Shown here: in pieces, positions 59,517 through 64,000 of the stretch | Layout of the letters: every line of letters begins with the position of its first letter | How positions within the stretch are numbered: position 1 is the first letter of the stretch | Origin: Gammaproteobacteria bacterium | Lineage (GTDB): Bacteria > Pseudomonadota > Gammaproteobacteria > Eutrophobiales > Eutrophobiaceae | Length of the DNA stretch: 64,000 nt | Assembly: GCA_965221695.1 (NCBI GenBank) | Contig: OZ244905.1 | Span: forward strand, 3,475,061-3,539,060 | Direction: 5' to 3' | Made by a program: the position numbers and the translations under genes | The notes under the pieces: model-generated | What the model was told of the DNA's origin: nothing | What the model saw: the letters and a program-made list of their open reading frames with translations, nothing else | Database searches by the model: none

Positions 59517-60752
59517 TTACACACTGTCCGTTTCGCGTCTTTGCGGAGGTTTCATTCGGGCAACAATTACGATCAGCGCCAGCAGCAGCGCCGCGTTCAG
59601 TTGGAATACGATGGAGAAGCCACTCGCCTTGCCGGCTATATAACCGGCGAGGACGGGGCCGATCATGGCCACGGTGGTGAGGAAATTCATCGTGCCGAGC
59701 AATTCAGGATTGTCCTTCTCTCCGAAATAATTCAGCAGTAACAACGCGGTGGCGAGGAAACACATGCCGAAGCCGAAACCTTCGCCGACGGCAAATATCG
59801 CCAGCACGATCGGGTTGTCCGCGACAGAGAGGGCCAGCATGCCGATCAGCTCTCCGATCAGCGCGGCTACCAGCAGCCATTTCGGGTCTATCCGGGTTGC
59901 GAGCATGCCACCTAAGGCGCGGGACAACGCGTTGACTGCCCCGGCCGCGCTCAATGCCAGTGTGGCCAGCGCAGTGGATACGCCAAGCATCCCCAGGTGC
60001 GTAAACGCCCAGCTATTCATGGTCAAGGTGCAGAACAGGGTCAGGGTCAACGCGGCAACGATAATGTAATACTGGGGCGTGCGCAGCGCGTCCCGGTAGC
60101 GCCAGTCAGCCTTTGTTTTGAATACTTTATCCGAGCTTGCCTCTTCATCGGCGGCGTCTGCACTGTGATCTTCCTGGGTACGCCGGGTGAGAAACGCGCC
60201 GGCGAGCAGCATCAGTATCAGCATGGCCGCAGTCATCGACCACCAGTGCATCCGCCAGGAATCCGTGAGGCCGATAATTGAGGTGACCAGTGGCGGTCCT
60301 GCGACCGCGCCCAGTCCGCCCAAGGTCATGTACAGGCCAATAGCGAATGAGCGCCGATCAGGTAGCCAGTCATTGATCAAATGGATGCCGGGCACCGTCG
60401 CACACAGCGCAAACCCCACTCCCAGCAGACCGGCTCCGGTCCAGTATCGGTACAGGCCGGTCCCTGCGGCAATCAGGACAAATCCGCATACCATGACCAG
60501 CGATCCGATAACATAAGTCGCCTTGATCCCGATGCGCCGGATGGTCCAGGCAGGCAGGGCGCCGGCCAGGCCCACCATCAGTGCCAGCAGAGAAAAACCC
60601 GTGCCTGCCTCGGACCAGGACCAGGAATACTCTTCGATCATGTAAGGCAGCGCCACACCCAGGGAACTGAAGGTGGCTGCGGTGATGAAGAAGAAGTACA
60701 GGCTGGCGATGGCGAACAGCCACCAGCGTTTGAACCCTGATATTCCTGTCAT
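59517..60752 (-). CDS. MFS transporter
   Basis: About 12 hydrophobic segments; WLPDRRSFAIG loop. Confidence 0.85.
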   Translation of the reverse strand: MTGISGFKRWWLFAIASLYFFFITAATFSSLGVALPYMIEEYSWSWSEAGTGFSLLALMVGLAGALPAWTIRRIGIKATYVIGSLVMVCGFVLIAAGTGLYRYWTGAGLLGVGFALCATVPGIHLINDWLPDRRSFAIGLYMTLGGLGAVAGPPLVTSIIGLTDSWRMHWWSMTAAMLILMLLAGAFLTRRTQEDHSADAADEEASSDKVFKTKADWRYRDALRTPQYYIIVAALTLTLFCTLTMNSWAFTHLGMLGVSTALATLALSAAGAVNALSRALGGMLATRIDPKWLLVAALIGELIGMLALSVADNPIVLAIFAVGEGFGFGMCFLATALLLLNYFGEKDNPELLGTMNFLTTVAMIGPVLAGYIAGKASGFSIVFQLNAALLLALIVIVARMKPPQRRETDSV

Positions 60753-60853
60753 GCGTCAAGAAACCTCATTGGTTCCCACGCAGGGTTGCGCGCGCTCACA
60801 AATCCAGTACTCTTTAACCTTGACTTAAGCGGGATTTATCTAGAAAGCTCAGT

Positions 60854-63124
60854 TTAAGTCACACGTTCAACTGTTTCTTCTTCCTCAATCTCGATAGTCA
60901 GTTCGTCGTCCGCTGCGGAAACGCTGACCTCGCCACCGTGCAGCAGTTTACCGAACAGCAGCTCTTCCGCCAGTGGTTTCTTGATCTTTTCCTGGATGAG
61001 ACGCGCCATGGGCCGCGCGCCCATCACTTTGTCGTAGCCATGTTTGCCGAGCCACGAGCGAGCGGCTTCATCCACATCGATGATGACTTTCTTGTCATCG
61101 AGTTGAGCCTGTAGCTCCACCAGAAATTTATCTACTACGTTCAGAATAGTCTTGTGGTCCAACGCGTTGAATTCAATGATGGCGCTCAGGCGATTCCGGA
61201 ATTCCGGACTGAATATCCTGTTGATGACTTCCATAGCATCTGAAGCGTGATCCTGTTGGGTAAAACCGACCGATGACCGGCTGATACGGTCGGCCCCGGC
61301 GTTAGTGGTCATGATGATGATCACGTTGCGAAAATCGGCATGGCGGCCATTGGTGTCGGTAAGAGTTCCATGATCCATCACCTGTAACATGAGGTTGAAA
61401 ACATCGGGATGGGCCTTCTCCATCTCGTCCAGTAACAGCACGCAATGAGGGTGTTTGTTGACTTCATCGGTCAGCAAGCCGCCCTGATCGAAACCCACAT
61501 AGCCCGGCGGCGCGCCGATCAACCGGGACACTGTATGTCGCTCCATGTATTCGGACATATCGAAGCGGATCAGGTTAATGCCCATGGCATTGGCCAACTG
61601 TTTGCTGATTTCCGTCTTTCCGACACCGGTAGGCCCCGCCAGCAAGAACGCGCCGATAGGCTGTTCAGGGTTACCCAGGCCGGAACGCGCCATCTTGATG
61701 GCCGTGGCAAGACTTTCTACCGCCTTGTCCTGGCCGAATACAACCATCTTCAGGTTGCGCTCAAGGTTCTGCATAATATCCCGGTGTGATGTGGTGACCG
61801 TTTTCGGCGGGATGCGGGCGATCTTGGCCACAATGTTTTCTATATCCTGAACCCCGATGGTCTTTTTGCGCCGTGAAGGCGGCAAAAGGCGTTGCGATGC
61901 GCCGGCCTCGTCGATGACATCAATAGCCTTGTCCGGAAGATGTCGGTCGGTGATATAGCGCGCCGAGAGTTCCGTAGCGCAACGCAAAGACTGGTTGGTG
62001 TAGCGTAGCTGGTGGTGTTCTTCAAAACGGGACTTCAGGCCCTGCAATATTTTCACTGTTTCGTCGACGGAAGGTTCGCTTACATCGATTTTCTGGAACC
62101 GCCGGGCCAGGGCGCGATCTTTCTCGAAGATGCCGCGAAATTCCTGGTAGGTAGTGGAGCCGATGCATTTTATATCGCCTGAGGCCAGAACCGGCTTGAT
62201 GATGTTGGAAGCGTCCATGACACCTCCCGAGGCGGCGCCGGCGCCGATAATGGTGTGGATCTCGTCGATAAACAGGATCGCTCCCGGCTGATTCATAAGT
62301 TCCGTAATGACTCCCTTGAGCCGCTTTTCGAAATCTCCGCGATATTTTGTTCCCGCCAGCAAAGCGCCCATGTCCAGGGAATAAATTGCGCAGTCCTGCA
62401 ATACTTCCGGAACCAGTTTGTCAACTATCTGTTTGGCGATGCCTTCGGTGATGGCGGTTTTACCGACCCCGGCCTCGCCGACGAAAATCGGATTATTCTT
62501 GCGACGCCGGCAAAGGATCTGTATGGTTCGCTGCACTTCGTGCTCGCGTCCGATGAGCGGGTCTATCTTGCCGAGTTGCGCCTGTTGATTAAGGTTGATC
62601 GTGTAATTTTCCAGCGGGCTATTGCTGCTTTCATCCGGGCTTGCCGCGTCATCTTCGGTCGAAGCGTCCGGCGCGCCGATCTCATTTTCCGGGGTTTTTG
62701 TGATTCCGTGGGCTATGTAGTTGACCACATCAAGACGAGCGACGTTTTGCCCGTTCAGGAAAAAAGCGGCATGGGATTCACGCTCACCGAAGATTGCCAC
62801 CAGAATATTGGCGCCGGTGACTTCCTTTCTTCCGGAGGATTGCACATGCTGAACCGCGCGCTGAAAGACCCGTTGAAAGCCCAGGGTGGGTTGGGTTTCA
62901 CGCTCGTCTTCATCAGTCAGGCGCGGGGAATTATCCTCTATAAAACGCTCGAGTTCATTGTGCAATGCATCCATATCGGCGCCGCAGGCGCGCAACACCT
63001 TGATGGCGGCAGGGTTGTCCAATAAAGCCAGTAGCAAATGCTCGACGGTTACGAATTCGCAGCGTTTGTCACGGGCGTTGCGAAACGCGTCATTCAGTGT
63101 TTGTTCCAGGTCTTTATCGAGCAT
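60854..63124 (-). CDS. clpA: ATP-dependent Clp protease ATP-binding subunit
   Basis: [26 protein letters not shown] and [11 protein letters not shown] motifs; follows clpS. Confidence 0.97.
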   Translation of the reverse strand: MLDKDLEQTLNDAFRNARDKRCEFVTVEHLLLALLDNPAAIKVLRACGADMDALHNELERFIEDNSPRLTDEDERETQPTLGFQRVFQRAVQHVQSSGRKEVTGANILVAIFGERESHAAFFLNGQNVARLDVVNYIAHGITKTPENEIGAPDASTEDDAASPDESSNSPLENYTINLNQQAQLGKIDPLIGREHEVQRTIQILCRRRKNNPIFVGEAGVGKTAITEGIAKQIVDKLVPEVLQDCAIYSLDMGALLAGTKYRGDFEKRLKGVITELMNQPGAILFIDEIHTIIGAGAASGGVMDASNIIKPVLASGDIKCIGSTTYQEFRGIFEKDRALARRFQKIDVSEPSVDETVKILQGLKSRFEEHHQLRYTNQSLRCATELSARYITDRHLPDKAIDVIDEAGASQRLLPPSRRKKTIGVQDIENIVAKIARIPPKTVTTSHRDIMQNLERNLKMVVFGQDKAVESLATAIKMARSGLGNPEQPIGAFLLAGPTGVGKTEISKQLANAMGINLIRFDMSEYMERHTVSRLIGAPPGYVGFDQGGLLTDEVNKHPHCVLLLDEMEKAHPDVFNLMLQVMDHGTLTDTNGRHADFRNVIIIMTTNAGADRISRSSVGFTQQDHASDAMEVINRIFSPEFRNRLSAIIEFNALDHKTILNVVDKFLVELQAQLDDKKVIIDVDEAARSWLGKHGYDKVMGARPMARLIQEKIKKPLAEELLFGKLLHGGEVSVSAADDELTIEIEEEETVERVT

Positions 63125-63143
63125 AACGGTTTGTCCTTTGTGA

Positions 63144-63464
63144 TTAGGCTTTTTCCATTGTACATTTTAAAGGATGTTCGTGATCCTGCGAGTAATGTGT
63201 GACCTGGGCGACCTTGGTTTGGGCGATATCACGAGTAAAGATGCCACAAACTCCAATCCCGCGTGTATGCACTTCCAGCATAATTCTCGTTGCCGTCTCC
63301 CGATCCATGGAAAAGAAGATTTCCAGGATATGCACGACAAATTCCATAGGCGTGTAATCATCATTGAGCAGAATGACCTTGTACAGAGGCGGGCGTTTTA
63401 ACCTGGGTTTTGCTTCGAGTACCGCCAGGTCCTCATTATAACGTTCGTGTGGTTTCTCAGACAT
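63144..63464 (-). CDS. clpS: Clp protease adaptor
   Basis: [17 protein letters not shown] and HPLKC motifs. Confidence 0.97.
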   Translation of the reverse strand: MSEKPHERYNEDLAVLEAKPRLKRPPLYKVILLNDDYTPMEFVVHILEIFFSMDRETATRIMLEVHTRGIGVCGIFTRDIAQTKVAQVTHYSQDHEHPLKCTMEKA

Positions 63465-63488
63465 TACGCTGACATATCATATATTTTG

Positions 63489-63620
63489 GGAAACTCTGAA
63501 CAAGTCCATTGTTAATAATAGCCTAACAGGTTACGAGCGCCAATAACATAACTTGCTGTCATTGAATTTGGCGATACATTTCTGTATCGCAAAAACCGCT
63601 GACTTAATCTCAGAGGTTCC
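63489..63620. mobile_element. Long copy of the miniature element in opposite orientation
   Basis: GGAAACTCTGAACAAGTCC...GCGATACATTTCTGTATCGC...GACTTAATCTCAGAGGTTCC. Confidence 0.75.
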
Positions 63621-63621
63621 T

Positions 63622-64000
63622 TTACTTCAGTTCCAGAAAGATATTGTTGAGACGGCGCACAAACCCGGCGGGATCTTCCAGTTGTCCGCCTTCGCTTAAC
63701 AGCGCCTGCTCGAACAGGATGTTGGCCCAGTCTCCGAAACGGTTGTCGTCTTCCTCGTTCTGCAGTTTCCCGATGATAGGATGGATCGGGTTGATCTCCA
63801 GGATGGGTTTTGTCATCGGCGCCTGCTGGCCCGAGGCCTTGAGTATCTGCTCCATATGGCGGCCCATTCCATATTCATCGGCCACCAGGCAAGCGGGCGA
63901 TTCGGTCAGGCGCTGTGTTATGCGCACTTCTTTCACTCGCTCATCCAGCGCTTTTTCAATGCGTTTGGTGAGTTCCTCCAGTTTCTCATCACTGGCTTGT
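63622..64000 (-). CDS. htpG: Hsp90 chaperone, C-terminal part (runs off the window)
   Basis: VKEVR...RLTESPACLV, ILEINPIHP and QALLSEGGQLEDPAGFVRRLN motifs. Confidence 0.95.
   Translation of the reverse strand, partial: QASDEKLEELTKRIEKALDERVKEVRITQRLTESPACLVADEYGMGRHMEQILKASGQQAPMTKPILEINPIHPIIGKLQNEEDDNRFGDWANILFEQALLSEGGQLEDPAGFVRRLNNIFLELK

Overview
Gene-dense window from a gammaproteobacterium-like genome (coq7, degQ with a sigmaE-type promoter, oxyR, clpS-clpA, htpG as housekeeping anchors at both ends). Between them lies about 50 kb of accessory metabolism centred on nucleobases, nucleosides and N-heterocycles. (1) 7-22 kb: a pyrimidine-catabolism region with two RutR-like regulators, thymidine phosphorylase, a TonB-dependent receptor, a GMC oxidoreductase, an atypical uracil-DNA-glycosylase-fold protein, NIPSNAP, an LLM oxidoreductase, mmsA, dihydropyrimidinase, beta-ureidopropionase and an atypical P450, but no dihydropyrimidine dehydrogenase. 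(2) 22-30.4 kb: osmoprotectant and YdcSTUV-like ABC transporters and SulP. (3) 30.7-49.5 kb: the best candidate for an undescribed system. Four near-identical LacI-type operators tie together a molybdenum hydroxylase, a Rieske oxygenase, a DUF1329/RND/DUF1302 envelope module, a cupin/PPOX/DUF1355 operon and a divergent NAMPT-like phosphoribosyltransferase plus HAD phosphatase. (4) 49.5-59.5 kb: ExbB-ExbD-ExbD with a TonB-anchor/vWA fusion and a large helical-repeat protein, a secreted nucleoside hydrolase and a ribose-type ABC transporter. About ten copies or fragments of a hairpin-rich IS5-like miniature element sit at gene junctions. No rRNA, tRNA, CRISPR array or transposase was recognised. 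All family assignments come from motif recognition by eye, not database searches.
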